A stretch of DNA of 40,108 nucleotides, from contig CAYMRZ010000002.1 of NCBI GenBank assembly GCA_964393045.1, forward strand, positions 1-40,108, written 5' to 3'. A program made the translations under genes and the position numbers. The stretch's first letter is position 1, and each line of letters begins with the position of its first letter. Below, piece after piece: positions 8,302 to 18,840 of the stretch. Source of the stretch: an uncultured Bdellovibrionales bacterium (GTDB taxonomy: Bacteria; Patescibacteriota; Minisyncoccia; Moranbacterales; DUUL01). Under the pieces are notes generated by a model, which was not told where the DNA came from, searched no databases, and was given only the letters and a program-made list of their open reading frames with translations.

Positions 8302-8428
8302 GACAGAGAAAAACTAATTGAAATGGAGTCATTTTATGTTTTTCAAGGAGCCAAAAAAGCTCTAAAATTAACTTGACTTTATTTCCTTGCAAGCTATTGT
8401 TGTGGTGTAAAGAGTTAAGAGCAAAACA

Positions 8429-9289
8429 ATGAAATATCTCAATAGCTATATCAAATACCTAAAAATTGATAAGAATTTAAGCCATAAAACGATTGAGGCA
8501 TACAAGAGAGACATTGGGGAGTTCCATGAAAGCTTAGGAGGGATAAATTCAGTTGGAAACATAAAAAGGGCTCACATTCGTGAGTTCTTTTGCTATCTAG
8601 ATAATAAAAAGAATTGCCCAATAACCAGAAGGAGGAAATTAACTTCTCTTAGAAATTATTTCAAATACCTCAAAGATGAAGAAGTGATCAAGAAAAATCC
8701 GACAGATTCGATTTCAATGCCGAGAGTTTCCCAGATAGAGCCCAGCTGTCTTACTGAAAAGGAAATAAGGAGAATTTTGCATGAAGTGAAAGATGATAAA
8801 ACACGCTTTAATGAAAGAAATTATTTAATGATAAAGATATTAGTTGAGACAGGGATAAGAATCAACGAATTAACAAATTTAAAGAATGAAGACGCTGATA
8901 TTGAAAATATGCTGCTTAGAGTTAAAAGAAAAGGGGGTGATAAGCAAGAAATTCCAGTAAATAAAGAGTTGAATTTATTGATAGCCGGGCATATAAAAAG
9001 CAAAAAACCCGCAGAGCCAATGTTTATCAGTAGTTACGGTAGCGCGATAACTAATCGAAGAGTCGGCTTAATGTTTCAAAACTATGTGAGAAAAGCCGGG
9101 ATTAAAAAGCCTAATGTTTCAGCTCATACTGCCAGACACAGCTTCTGTTCAAGGCTCCTAGATAAGGGGGCCAGCCTTAAATCAATCCAGATATTAGCCG
9201 GCCATAGAAGTATTTCGACTACCGAAAGATATCTGCATATAGCGAAGGAAAAACTGAGACAAGAGGCAGCGTTAGCTGGGATCAATTGA
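8429..9289 (+). CDS. Tyrosine recombinase XerC/D-like no. 3
   Basis: ETGIRINELTNL, KRKGGDKQEIPV, HTARHSFCSRLL and GHRSISTTERYLH give the full R-K-HxxR-H-Y set. Confidence 0.85.
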   Translation: MKYLNSYIKYLKIDKNLSHKTIEAYKRDIGEFHESLGGINSVGNIKRAHIREFFCYLDNKKNCPITRRRKLTSLRNYFKYLKDEEVIKKNPTDSISMPRVSQIEPSCLTEKEIRRILHEVKDDKTRFNERNYLMIKILVETGIRINELTNLKNEDADIENMLLRVKRKGGDKQEIPVNKELNLLIAGHIKSKKPAEPMFISSYGSAITNRRVGLMFQNYVRKAGIKKPNVSAHTARHSFCSRLLDKGASLKSIQILAGHRSISTTERYLHIAKEKLRQEAALAGIN

Positions 9290-9338
9290 AAAATATTGAC
9301 CAAAGTTCTTTATAGGTTTAATATATAAGCAAAAGATA

Positions 9339-9430
9339 CCAGCTGTGACATTACCAAGTTAAGCACTTGGCCTAGTTATGCACAAAAAGGAGCAACTCTC
9401 CGAAAAGTGCGTAACTAGTGTCACAGCTGG
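9339..9430 (+). ncRNA. Candidate structured RNA or recombination site: 92-nt three-way junction
   Basis: Perfect 12-bp closing stem CCAGCTGTGACA/TGTCACAGCTGG (9339-9350/9419-9430). It encloses hairpin CCAAGT/ACTTGG and stem CTAGTTATGCAC/GTGCGTAACTAG, which is capped by GGAG/CTCC. Confidence 0.4.
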
Positions 9431-9492
9431 GACAATCTTAGTAGGGGGTTGTTCCTTTATGTATCTTGAGTTAATAATAATTATTTTAAAAG

Positions 9493-10533
9493 ATGAATGA
9501 TGTAAATAAAAATTCGGAGGGTAAAAAAGCTAAAAAGAAGTGGTATAAAAAAATCAAGTACTGGGTTTTAATTATACTTGGACTATTTATTGGAATTTGT
9601 GTGTTGGCAGGTATTGCATCTCGAGGTATGCCAATTTTCAAAGATGTTCCCGATGAGACTAATCAGATAGAATTAAAACTGAATGGTTCTGGAGTGGATT
9701 CAAATGCTAATGTAAAAATATATCTAAATGGCAATGCTGTTTCAGAAGTAAATGCAGATGAGAACGGAAAATTTATTTTTTCAGTTTCACTATCAGAAGG
9801 AGAAAATATTTTATATGCAGAGGCAATGCATAATGGTAAGACGAAAAAAAGTGTAGAGGAAAAAATCGTTTACATAAACCAAGAGAAGATAGATGCTCAG
9901 AAAAAGGCTGAAGAAGAAGAAAGAGCAAGAGCAGAAGAGGCTCAAAACAAAATAGATGAAGAAGCTCAGCGAAAAGCTGAAGAGGAACAAAAAATAAAAA
10001 AACAGGAAGCTGAACAAAAAGCAGATGAAGAAGCTCAACGAAAGGCGGAGGAAGAGGCTAATACTCAGAGTCAGCAAGCGGAGGTTTTAGAAGAAGCAGA
10101 GGAGGTAGAGCCTGTTGTATTAAATAACTTAGGCGTTTCTTATGAGCAAATGATGAACTATTTATCTAATTTTTTTACGATGGATAAATCAACTCCCGTT
10201 GACGGAAAAGATAGATATATGGGGCAAACTTCTAATGGACTAGCAATGCTGGAAATAATTGGTGATAAAGATGATATCTATCAATCTTCGTTAATGCTAA
10301 GCATTCCATCTGATAGTCCAGATACAATCATTGAAAATTCAGCAATATTATTACGTTTTTTAAAGAATATTGTTCCTGAATGGGAAGGTAGTTCTGAATG
10401 GGCAGTTAATTCAATGGAGGAAATCACTGGTTCATTAAGTGATAAAAAGGAGACTATTCAGGGTAACAAGAAGATTGAAATGTCTATTATGAGAGATTTT
10501 GGGATGATGATTGTGACAGTGAAACATAAGTAA
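9493..10533 (+). CDS. Membrane-anchored protein with an Ig-like segment, a charged KAEEE coiled-coil repeat and a C-terminal globular domain
   Basis: N-terminal TM WVLIILGLFIGICVLAGIA. The repeated EEAQRKAEEE is encoded by a near-duplicate DNA segment (approximately 9955-9990 and 10024-10058). Confidence 0.5.
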   Translation: MNDVNKNSEGKKAKKKWYKKIKYWVLIILGLFIGICVLAGIASRGMPIFKDVPDETNQIELKLNGSGVDSNANVKIYLNGNAVSEVNADENGKFIFSVSLSEGENILYAEAMHNGKTKKSVEEKIVYINQEKIDAQKKAEEEERARAEEAQNKIDEEAQRKAEEEQKIKKQEAEQKADEEAQRKAEEEANTQSQQAEVLEEAEEVEPVVLNNLGVSYEQMMNYLSNFFTMDKSTPVDGKDRYMGQTSNGLAMLEIIGDKDDIYQSSLMLSIPSDSPDTIIENSAILLRFLKNIVPEWEGSSEWAVNSMEEITGSLSDKKETIQGNKKIEMSIMRDFGMMIVTVKHK

Positions 10534-10648
10534 AGACTGGTTTCATACTCACAAGAAGTTGGTGTAAGAATATCACCTCTTTGTTTTTAGTGTCTGTTTG
10601 GTGGTTCTTAGGGGATGGAATAAAATAATTCTTAAAATTTATAAAAAT

Positions 10649-10891
10649 ATGAAAAAAATTAAAGAAACAAAATGTACCTGCAAGGCGTGTAATAACGTGT
10701 GGTATTATGGTAAGGAGGATGTAAGAGAAAGTAGGTCAAACAAATTGCACAATGCAAGCAAAGCAATGATGTGTTGTGGAGGATGCTTGCCAGCTTTGCT
10801 TGTAAAAGATAAAAAAGTTGAAAATTTGAATAAGTGTCCCAAGTGCGGTTCTAAGGCAATATTAAAGGAAGTGGTTGTCCATGATGTCTAA
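10649..10891 (+). CDS. Small zinc-ribbon protein (start moved to ATG 10649 within ORF 10598-10891)
   Basis: The pairs CTCKAC...CPKCGS are typical of a Zn ribbon. Confidence 0.45.
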   Translation: MKKIKETKCTCKACNNVWYYGKEDVRESRSNKLHNASKAMMCCGGCLPALLVKDKKVENLNKCPKCGSKAILKEVVVHDV

Positions 10892-11126
10892 AATCTTAGT
10901 CTTTATTTTAAGGATTTATAAAAAAACTTTATCTCCAATCTTATATAGATTCGGGGTAAGATGTCGTTTCCATCCTTGTTGTTCAGATTATGCGGTAATG
11001 GCCATAAAAGAATTCGGCTGGTTAAAAGGATTGAAGATGATTTATTATAGATTGAGACGTTGTAATCCTTACAATTTAGAAAGTTGCATAGACTTTCCCT
11101 CCGAAAAATTAAGACGCAAAAATTAG
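10881..11126 (+). CDS. yidD: Membrane protein insertion efficiency factor YidD
   Basis: YKKTLSPILYRFGVRCRFHPCCSDYAVMAIKEFG...RLRRCNPY matches the conserved YidD/DUF37 core. The ORF track begins at TTG 10875; ATG 10881 is more likely. Confidence 0.8.
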   Translation: MMSKILVFILRIYKKTLSPILYRFGVRCRFHPCCSDYAVMAIKEFGWLKGLKMIYYRLRRCNPYNLESCIDFPSEKLRRKN

Positions 11127-11129
11127 AGG

Positions 11130-11154
11130 CCAGGGTTTAAAAACCTGGTTTTAT
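11130..11154 (+). terminator. Rho-independent terminator after yidD
   Basis: CCAGGGTTT-AAAA-AACCTGG followed by TTTTA. Confidence 0.5.
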
Positions 11155-11287
11155 TATAGCTTGTTACTAATTCACTAAAAAACTCGCACACAGGCTAAAT
11201 TTGGCGTAAATATGGCTTGTTTTCTTTACTTTGTAGTTTTTTGGGGTTATAGTGAAAATATAAAATATCATAAGAATACAAGAAGAT

Positions 11288-13420
11288 ATGAATCTAACAG
11301 ATAATGAAAAAAGAGACATTATAAAATATCTTGAATCTAATAAACCACTTCCAGATAAGTATCGTTTTATGCTTTTTGAGGATAAGCGAGAGGTTGAATT
11401 AATTTGGAATGGTAAGACCAATGAGGTCACTAAAGTCGTTTTGCCTTTTCAAGTGATTGAACAAGTTGACGAACCAAGAGCAGAAGAAGCTGTAAAAATG
11501 CAGGCTTCTCTTTTTGATTTCGACCAATCAGGAAGACAAATTGGCGGTTGGACAAATAAATTGATTTGGGGAGATAATAAGCTGATTCTTTCCAGTCTTA
11601 AAAACGGACCGCTTCGAGAGGAAATTGAGAAACAGGGCGGAATAAAATTGATTTATATTGACCCCCCATTTGATGTTGGGGCCGATTTTTCGATGAATGT
11701 CGAGATCGGTGATGAACAATTTACTAAAAAGCCGAATGTTTTAGAAGAATTGGCATATCGTGACACCTGGGGCAAGGGAGCAGATAGTTTTATCGCAATG
11801 ATTTATGAAAGGCTTTCTTTGATGAAGGATTTACTGGCGGATGACGGGAGTATTTATGTGCATTGTGATTGGAGGGTGAACAGTTATATGCGATTAGTTA
11901 TGGACGAAATTTTTGGAAAGGATAATTTTAGACGAGAAATAATTTGGAACAGAGGTAACCCATCTGGAGGAAAAGCTTCTGCAAACAATTATATTCATGC
12001 TCATGACTCAATAATCTATTACAGTAAAAGCGATAACTTAATTTTCAATAAACAATACGAAGAATATTCTGACGAATATATAGAGCAAAGATTTACACAC
12101 GATGATAATGACGGAAAAGGTCGGTATAGATTGCAAGGATCAGGAGATAATCTAAGAAAACAATATTTGTCAGAATCAAAAGGTAAGGCTTTAGCAAGTG
12201 TTTGGAGTATGCCAGATATAAACGTAATGGCTAAAGAGAGATTAGATTACCCCACACAGAAGCCTGAAAAATTTATTGAACGCATAATCAAAGCTTCGTC
12301 AAACGAGGGCGATATCGTTGCTGATTTCTTTTGTGGTTCTGGAACAACATTGTCTGTTGCAGAAAAACTTGGCAGAAAATGGATTGGAAGCGATCTTGGA
12401 AAATTTGCTGTTCACACTAGCAGAAAAAGAATGATTACAGTTCAGCGGGAAATGAAAAAAGAAAAAAAAGATTATCGGGCATTTGAAATTCTTAATCTTG
12501 GGAAATACGAACGCCAGCACTATATTGGCGTGAATATGAATTTGAGAGAAGATGAAAAACAAAAACAACTGGAAAAGAAAGAAAAGGATTTTGTAAAATT
12601 GATTCTCAAAGCATATAAGGCAGAAAAAATTGAAAACTTCAGAACATTCAGCGGAAAAAAAGCTGGCAGACTGGTAGCAATCGGACCGATAAATTTACCA
12701 GTTTCAAGATTGTTTATTGAAGAAATAATCAAAGAGTGCAAAGAAAAGCAAATCACCAAAGTGGACGTCTTGGCGTTTGAATATGAAATGGGACTTTTCC
12801 CAAAGGTTCAGGAAGATGCCAAAGCCCAAGGCATTGATTTGGCACTCAAGCATATTCCGAGAGAAGTTTTTGATAAGCGAGCGATTGAAAAAAATCAAAT
12901 TGCTTTTCATGATGTTTCATATATTGAAGTCAAGCCTCGTATTAAAAAAGGAACCAAAAGAAAAAAGTCCTCTGTTTCTGTAGAATTGACTGATTTTGCT
13001 GTTTATTATAATCAAGATATTGTAGATAATGTGATTGCTGATCTTAGAAATGGTTCTAATAAGATTGTGGTTGAAAAAGGAAATATTATAAAAATATCTA
13101 AAGACAAAGAAGGGATTGTGACTAAGGATGTATTAACAAAAAAATGGACTGATTGGATTGATTATTGGGCAGTTGATTTTAATTTTGAAAGTAAGAAAGA
13201 AATTGTAAAAATAAAAAATGATAAAGGAAAAATCAAAGAAGCGTGGACGGGAGATTATATTTTTGAAAATGAGTGGCAATCATTTCGAACAAAAAAAGAC
13301 CGTAAGTTAGAATTGAAGAGTATTTCCCGTGAGTGTAGCTCAGGTAGACGGAAGATAGCGGTCAAAGTTGTAGATATTTTCGGTAATGATACGATGAAAG
13401 TAATTGAGATAAATGTATGA
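11288..13420 (+). CDS. mod: Type III restriction-modification methyltransferase (Mod), beta-class N6A/N4C MTase
   Basis: Motif [13 protein letters not shown] precedes motif [25 protein letters not shown]. Size is 710 aa. It shares an operon with a Res-type helicase-nuclease. Confidence 0.8.
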   Translation: MNLTDNEKRDIIKYLESNKPLPDKYRFMLFEDKREVELIWNGKTNEVTKVVLPFQVIEQVDEPRAEEAVKMQASLFDFDQSGRQIGGWTNKLIWGDNKLILSSLKNGPLREEIEKQGGIKLIYIDPPFDVGADFSMNVEIGDEQFTKKPNVLEELAYRDTWGKGADSFIAMIYERLSLMKDLLADDGSIYVHCDWRVNSYMRLVMDEIFGKDNFRREIIWNRGNPSGGKASANNYIHAHDSIIYYSKSDNLIFNKQYEEYSDEYIEQRFTHDDNDGKGRYRLQGSGDNLRKQYLSESKGKALASVWSMPDINVMAKERLDYPTQKPEKFIERIIKASSNEGDIVADFFCGSGTTLSVAEKLGRKWIGSDLGKFAVHTSRKRMITVQREMKKEKKDYRAFEILNLGKYERQHYIGVNMNLREDEKQKQLEKKEKDFVKLILKAYKAEKIENFRTFSGKKAGRLVAIGPINLPVSRLFIEEIIKECKEKQITKVDVLAFEYEMGLFPKVQEDAKAQGIDLALKHIPREVFDKRAIEKNQIAFHDVSYIEVKPRIKKGTKRKKSSVSVELTDFAVYYNQDIVDNVIADLRNGSNKIVVEKGNIIKISKDKEGIVTKDVLTKKWTDWIDYWAVDFNFESKKEIVKIKNDKGKIKEAWTGDYIFENEWQSFRTKKDRKLELKSISRECSSGRRKIAVKVVDIFGNDTMKVIEINV

Positions 13421-15030
13421 AAATAGAAAACATTAAAATTAAAAACTTTCGTTCAATCAAAGAGGTTGATATAAAACCCGAAGATTTTAATGTTTTCATT
13501 GGTCAAAATAATCACGGTAAGACAAATTTTTTTGAGGCAATCGAATGGTTTTATTCTCCAAAAGGTAATCTGGAAGACATCAAAAGAAAAGGGGCATCGG
13601 ATGATGAAGAAATCGAAGTAGAACTGATTTTTTCGGGCGTTAAAGACGGAATAAATAAAATGAAGAACGAAAAGAAGAAAACTACGATGGAAAAAATAAT
13701 TAAAGATACGGATACAATAAAGATTAAGAGGACATCTGAAAATCAAAAATCAAGAAGTATTTTCAAAGCTGAAGATGAAAAATGGGTTAGTGCTCCAACT
13801 GGGTTTGACGGGGCGTTAAATGATCTGTTGCCCAAACTTGAATATGTGAAAACGCAAACAAATCTCAAAGATATTATCAAATACGGAAAAAATACTCCTA
13901 TTGCAGATATGCTCTCTGATGTTTTAGAAATTATTTTAGAAGAAGATAAAAAATATCGTGAGTTCAAAGAAACTTTTGAGAAACTATTTAGAGATAGTGA
14001 TTCAAAAGTAAAGCAACAATTGGATGGTCTAAGCAATCAAGTGAAACTTTACTTGGTTAAACAATTTTCCGAATGTACTAAGGTTGAATTTAGAGTTAAC
14101 GACCCAGTGTTTGAAGACTTGCTTAAAAATTTTGAAACAAAGGTTGATGATGGAGTTGAAACTAGTGCGGAGGAGAAAGGTGACGGAATGCAAAGAGCTT
14201 TAATGTTGGCAATTATTCAAGCATATGCCGATTTTAGAAATAAAAAAGGAGAAAAGGCGAAGAATTTTATTTTTTTAATTGATGAAGGTGAGTTGCATTT
14301 GCATCCTACTGCTCAAAGAAAACTAAAGGATGCTTTACTGGACTTATCCAGAAGGGGTGACCAAATACTCATTAATACACACTCATCAGTTTTGGTGACT
14401 GATGATGTAGAAGAACAGGCTATATTTAAGGTTGAAAAACATAAAATGATAACAAATATAGGCTTAGCACAGGAAAATGAAAAACCTTATTTAATCTTCG
14501 AACTGCTTGGAGGAAGCCCTGCTGACTTGCTACTTCCGAATAATTTCTTAATTGTTGAAGGTAAAAGCGACCTTTTATTTATCAGAAAAATAATTGAAAG
14601 GTTTTATGATGATAAAGTTAAAATTCAGATAGTTTATTCTGAAGGAGATTACAAGAAGCAATCAAGGAGTCTTGATGGGATAAATACCGTGCTTGTTCCA
14701 TTAAATACAAGCCCACTTTATAAGAAAAGCCTAGTAGTTCTATGTGAAGAACCTCAGAATGACAGAAAAAAAGGATTTGAAAGTTTTAAGAAATCATACA
14801 AGCATTTAGTTGATAATAAACAGTTCTTTGAGCTTCCAAATAAAAGCATTGAAGAGTATTATCCTGAGCCCTGGGAAAAAACCAAAGAAGAAGTTAAAGA
14901 AATGAAGTGCGAAGAGAAGAAAGAACTTGCAGAAAAAGTTGCAAGTGAAATTGACAAAAAAGTATTTGAAGATAATATGATTGTAATTTATTCTTCGTTA
15001 TTAAAGTGTTGGGAATTAGCATATAAATAA
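13417..15030 (+). CDS. OLD/PARIS-like ABC ATPase fused to a Toprim-like domain
   Basis: N-terminal IKNFRSI...[16 protein letters not shown] (Walker A), [14 protein letters not shown] (Walker B), ILINTHS (H-loop), then [12 protein letters not shown] (Toprim Glu motif). No clear DxD is seen. The start overlaps the mod stop (ATGA), and res starts 2 nt after its stop. Confidence 0.65.
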   Translation: MKIENIKIKNFRSIKEVDIKPEDFNVFIGQNNHGKTNFFEAIEWFYSPKGNLEDIKRKGASDDEEIEVELIFSGVKDGINKMKNEKKKTTMEKIIKDTDTIKIKRTSENQKSRSIFKAEDEKWVSAPTGFDGALNDLLPKLEYVKTQTNLKDIIKYGKNTPIADMLSDVLEIILEEDKKYREFKETFEKLFRDSDSKVKQQLDGLSNQVKLYLVKQFSECTKVEFRVNDPVFEDLLKNFETKVDDGVETSAEEKGDGMQRALMLAIIQAYADFRNKKGEKAKNFIFLIDEGELHLHPTAQRKLKDALLDLSRRGDQILINTHSSVLVTDDVEEQAIFKVEKHKMITNIGLAQENEKPYLIFELLGGSPADLLLPNNFLIVEGKSDLLFIRKIIERFYDDKVKIQIVYSEGDYKKQSRSLDGINTVLVPLNTSPLYKKSLVVLCEEPQNDRKKGFESFKKSYKHLVDNKQFFELPNKSIEEYYPEPWEKTKEEVKEMKCEEKKELAEKVASEIDKKVFEDNMIVIYSSLLKCWELAYK

Positions 15031-15031
15031 T

Positions 15032-17695
15032 ATGGCACTACACAAAGACTTTCCAAAATCACCACACAAAATACTTAGTCCAGATATCCGATGGTTTCCA
15101 GCGGATGAACTGTTGCGTGAAAAAGGATTTGAGAAACTGCTTCCTCCCTTGGTTCCCAAACTTAGAAAAGAGGTAAAAAAATGGAGGGAATCTGGATATG
15201 AAGGTGCAAGTAATACTAGCAAGGCACTGATGAGATGGTGGTTTCAAAATCCCCATCCAGTGGAAACAGCTGAGGGTCCAACACATTATTTCCAATATTA
15301 CTTTGCTCAAAGAGAAGCAATTGAAACAGTTATTTTTCTTTATGAAGTAGCGGGAGTTAAAGATAAGTATGACTTAATTCGTTTCGATATGTCTGAGGCG
15401 GTTTCTCCTAATATGTTTGCTGAGGAATGGCTTAGATTTGTTATTAAAATGGCAACGGGAAGTGGAAAAACCAAAGTGATGAGTCTTTTAATAGCGTGGA
15501 GTTATTTTCATAAAATGTATGAAGAAAATTCTGAATTAGCAAGGAATTTTTTACTTATAACCCCTAATATTATTGTGCTTGACCGTATTAGGAGTGATTT
15601 TGATGGACTTAAGATTTTCAATGAAGATCCTATAATTCCCGATAGTGGTTTTGAAGGCAATAACTGGCGAGACGATTTTCAAATGACATTACATATTCAA
15701 GACGAAGCTAATGCGGCCAGGAAAACTGGGAATATTTTTTTAACTAACATTCACAGGGTGTATAACAGTAAAGACAAGGTGGCTGATTTTAAAGATAACG
15801 ATACAACAAATTATTTTCTTGGTTCTCGTCCAGTTGCTCATACTGGTGATTCAAAAGTAAATCTTGGAGAAATTGTGAGAGATGTTGATGAGTTGATGAT
15901 TCTAAATGATGAAGCTCATCACATTCATGATGAAAAACTTGCTTGGTTTAAATCAATTGAGGATATCAGCAATCGAATGAAAATGAAGGATAAAAAATTA
16001 TCTTTGCAAATAGATATGACAGCAACCCCTAAACATAATAATGGCTCAATTTTTGTTCAAACTGTTTGTGATTATCCTTTAGTTGAAGCAATACATCAAA
16101 ATGTAACCAAGCATCCAGTTCTGCCAGATTCTGCTAGTAGGGGCAAGTTGCAAGAACACAAAAGTTCTAAATTTACAGAAAAATACAAAGACTATATTCA
16201 TCTTGGCTATCTGGAATGGAAAAAAGTTTATGAACAGCATGAAAAACTTGGGAAAAAAGCAGTCTTCTTTGTAATGACTGATGATACTAAAAATTGTGAT
16301 GAAGTAAATGAGTATTTACAAAATACATATCCAGAGTTTGAAGATGCAGTGTTAACAATTCATACTAAGAATAACGGTGAAATTTCAGAGAATGTCACAG
16401 GAAAAAAAGAAGAGGAATTAAAGGAACTTAGAAAAGCATCAAATAAAATAGACAAAACAGATAGTCCATATAAAGCAATAGTTTCTGTTTTGATGTTAAA
16501 AGAAGGTTGGGATGTTAAAAATGTTACAACCATCGTTGGGCTTCGTGCATATTCAGCCAAGAGCAATATTTTGCCTGAACAAACACTGGGAAGAGGATTA
16601 AGAAGGATGTATAAAAATTCTGATGTAGCAGAGTATGTCAGTGTAGTTGGAACAGAGGCATTTATGGATTTTGTTGAATCAATTAAGAATGAAGGAGTTG
16701 AACTCAAAAAGAAGAAGATGGGAGAAGGAACAGAGCCCAAAGCTCCTCTTATTGTTGAAGTTGATAATGAGAATATGAAGAAAGATATTAAGAATTTGGA
16801 TATAAAAATTCCAGTTTTAAGTCCAAGAGTTTATCGAGAATATAAAAATATATCAGAGCTGGATACAAGTAAATTTAAAAACAAAAAAATAAAAATCAAA
16901 AAGTTCAGTGAGAAAGAGAAAAAGAAAATTATTTTTAAAGATATTGCATCTGGAGAAGTTACTCACACAACTGAATTTGACAGTAATTTTGTTCCTAATT
17001 ATCAAAGCGTGGTTGGATATTTTACACAAACAATAATGCGAGAATTGAGATTGGTTAGTGGTTTTGATATTCTTTTTGGTAAAGTGAAAGAATTTATTAT
17101 GAATCATCTCTTCGAAAAGCAAATTGATTTAGAGGATTTGAATAGCCTTCGCAACTTGTCTGAATTGGAAGCAACTAGAACAATTATAGAAACCTTTAAA
17201 AAAGAGATTAATGAATTGACAGTGGTTGAAAAGGGAGAAGCAGAAATTAAAGATTATATCAGTGTAGGTAAAACCCGCCCCTTTGTAATAAAAGAACAAG
17301 GATTTATTGTTCCCAAGAAGAGTGTTTTTAATAAAATTGTGGGAGATAGTTATTTTGAATTACAGTTTGCAAGTTTCCTGGAGGAGTGTGACGACATAAT
17401 GTCTTATGTAAAGAATTATTTTGCGGTGCATTTTAAAATTGACTATAAAGATGCCGATGGAAACATCAGGGATTATTATCCAGACTTTATTGTAAAATTA
17501 TCACCAAACAAAATTTGCATTGTGGAAACCAAAGGGAGAGAAGATTTAGATGATATTGAAAAAATAAAAAGGTTAGAACAATGGTGTGATGATATAAACG
17601 AAGTTCAGAATAAAACCAAATTTAGTTGGGCTTATGTGAAGCAAAAAGATTTTGAAAAATATAAACCAGAAAAATTTAGTGATATTTTGAAATGA
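15032..17695 (+). CDS. res: Type III restriction enzyme Res subunit (SF2 helicase plus C-terminal PD-(D/E)xK nuclease)
   Basis: MATGSGKTKV (motif I), LNDEAHHI (DEAH), MLKEGWDVKNV, QTLGRGLRR (motif VI), and C-terminal YYPDF...IVETKG nuclease motif. Confidence 0.8.
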   Translation: MALHKDFPKSPHKILSPDIRWFPADELLREKGFEKLLPPLVPKLRKEVKKWRESGYEGASNTSKALMRWWFQNPHPVETAEGPTHYFQYYFAQREAIETVIFLYEVAGVKDKYDLIRFDMSEAVSPNMFAEEWLRFVIKMATGSGKTKVMSLLIAWSYFHKMYEENSELARNFLLITPNIIVLDRIRSDFDGLKIFNEDPIIPDSGFEGNNWRDDFQMTLHIQDEANAARKTGNIFLTNIHRVYNSKDKVADFKDNDTTNYFLGSRPVAHTGDSKVNLGEIVRDVDELMILNDEAHHIHDEKLAWFKSIEDISNRMKMKDKKLSLQIDMTATPKHNNGSIFVQTVCDYPLVEAIHQNVTKHPVLPDSASRGKLQEHKSSKFTEKYKDYIHLGYLEWKKVYEQHEKLGKKAVFFVMTDDTKNCDEVNEYLQNTYPEFEDAVLTIHTKNNGEISENVTGKKEEELKELRKASNKIDKTDSPYKAIVSVLMLKEGWDVKNVTTIVGLRAYSAKSNILPEQTLGRGLRRMYKNSDVAEYVSVVGTEAFMDFVESIKNEGVELKKKKMGEGTEPKAPLIVEVDNENMKKDIKNLDIKIPVLSPRVYREYKNISELDTSKFKNKKIKIKKFSEKEKKKIIFKDIASGEVTHTTEFDSNFVPNYQSVVGYFTQTIMRELRLVSGFDILFGKVKEFIMNHLFEKQIDLEDLNSLRNLSELEATRTIIETFKKEINELTVVEKGEAEIKDYISVGKTRPFVIKEQGFIVPKKSVFNKIVGDSYFELQFASFLEECDDIMSYVKNYFAVHFKIDYKDADGNIRDYYPDFIVKLSPNKICIVETKGREDLDDIEKIKRLEQWCDDINEVQNKTKFSWAYVKQKDFEKYKPEKFSDILK

Positions 17696-17804
17696 GAATA
17701 AGAAATTTAAAAAATATCTAGAAAATTTAATCTGCCAGTTAAAACAATAAACGAAGCCTTATGGCATTATTCAAAATAATTCTATAAAAATTCACTGAGT
17801 TTAT

Positions 17805-18827
17805 ATGAAAAATAAGCCCATTAACAACAAAAAACTTTTTTTCACAGGCTTAGCGTTGTTCCTTATTGGAAGGACAATATTCTACTTAGTAGGAGGATTA
17901 ATAGGGGAGTCAGTTGCAGTAGCCTTTGATCTTGTTTCTTTGCCAATGTTAGCTATAGCAATAATGAGGTATTTTGTTAAATTGTTTTCGAAAGATGAAG
18001 GTAGCAACGAAGATCAAAAAGAATTAAATGAAAAAATCAAAAATGAAGAGGCAAGGCAGAAACACGTTGAGAATAAGAAAAATAAAATATTTGTTTTAAA
18101 GAAAAAAAAGAAATATACAACAATAGCGTCTATTTTAATTTTTCTATCTTCAGTTTTAACAATATTTTTTGTTTTCTTTTTTGGTATTTCCAAATTAGCT
18201 TTAGTAGGAGTATTGGTTTATCTTTTCTTGGCCTATTTTGTTTATAGGGAAAAAAAATGGGCTATTGTTGCTGTTGCGATTTTTTTTACACTTGATAAAA
18301 TATTGCAAGGGATAGAGGAGCCAAATATGGCAAAAAGCATTTTCTTTTGGTGGATAGCCTTTATGTCTGTATTTTTGGGAGCTTATAGGGAGTTGTCCAA
18401 AGAAAAAAAGATAATAAATAATAAGATTTCCCAAGAGAGAAAGGAAGATAGGCGAAGAGGGAATGGCAATAGAAATAATTCTAAGCCTTTACTTTTATCC
18501 CTTTTCGGAATTGTAATTTTAATAAGTGGTGTAATTTTTTATTGGTTTGCTGTTAGGCCTGCTAATATAAGAAAGGCTTGTTCTTTAGTTGAGATAAAAA
18601 CATATTCTCAAGAAGAAAAGGATGATGCCAAAAAATATCTTCAAGAAAGTTGCCCCAACTTTGAAAGCTTGGCTGGTAGAGTTATACTTAGAAATGAAGG
18701 CAGTCAAGAATGTTTAAATAAACTGGATATTTTATATGCGCCAACAGGTAATGAAAATCAAACCAGATCTGCTACAGATGAAGAATATAAAGAATGTTTA
18801 AGAAGGAGTGGATTACAGACGGAATAA
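17805..18827 (+). CDS. Polytopic membrane protein with a Cys-containing C-terminal extracytoplasmic domain, function unknown
   Basis: Several hydrophobic helices (FFTGLALFLIGRTIFYLVGG, ILIFLSSVLTIFFVFFF and others). Confidence 0.45.
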   Translation: MKNKPINNKKLFFTGLALFLIGRTIFYLVGGLIGESVAVAFDLVSLPMLAIAIMRYFVKLFSKDEGSNEDQKELNEKIKNEEARQKHVENKKNKIFVLKKKKKYTTIASILIFLSSVLTIFFVFFFGISKLALVGVLVYLFLAYFVYREKKWAIVAVAIFFTLDKILQGIEEPNMAKSIFFWWIAFMSVFLGAYRELSKEKKIINNKISQERKEDRRRGNGNRNNSKPLLLSLFGIVILISGVIFYWFAVRPANIRKACSLVEIKTYSQEEKDDAKKYLQESCPNFESLAGRVILRNEGSQECLNKLDILYAPTGNENQTRSATDEEYKECLRRSGLQTE

Positions 18828-18840
18828 ATAAAATTCAAAA

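Noticed and set aside
11167-11430. 87-aa minus-strand ORF overlapping the mod 5' end
   Set aside because: It overlaps the well-supported mod start region and has no motif or RBS.
11288-13420. Phase-variable simple-sequence repeat in mod
   Set aside because: Type III mod genes often carry such tracts. Only short A-runs (8 nt or less, for example near 12457) are present, which is normal for this composition.
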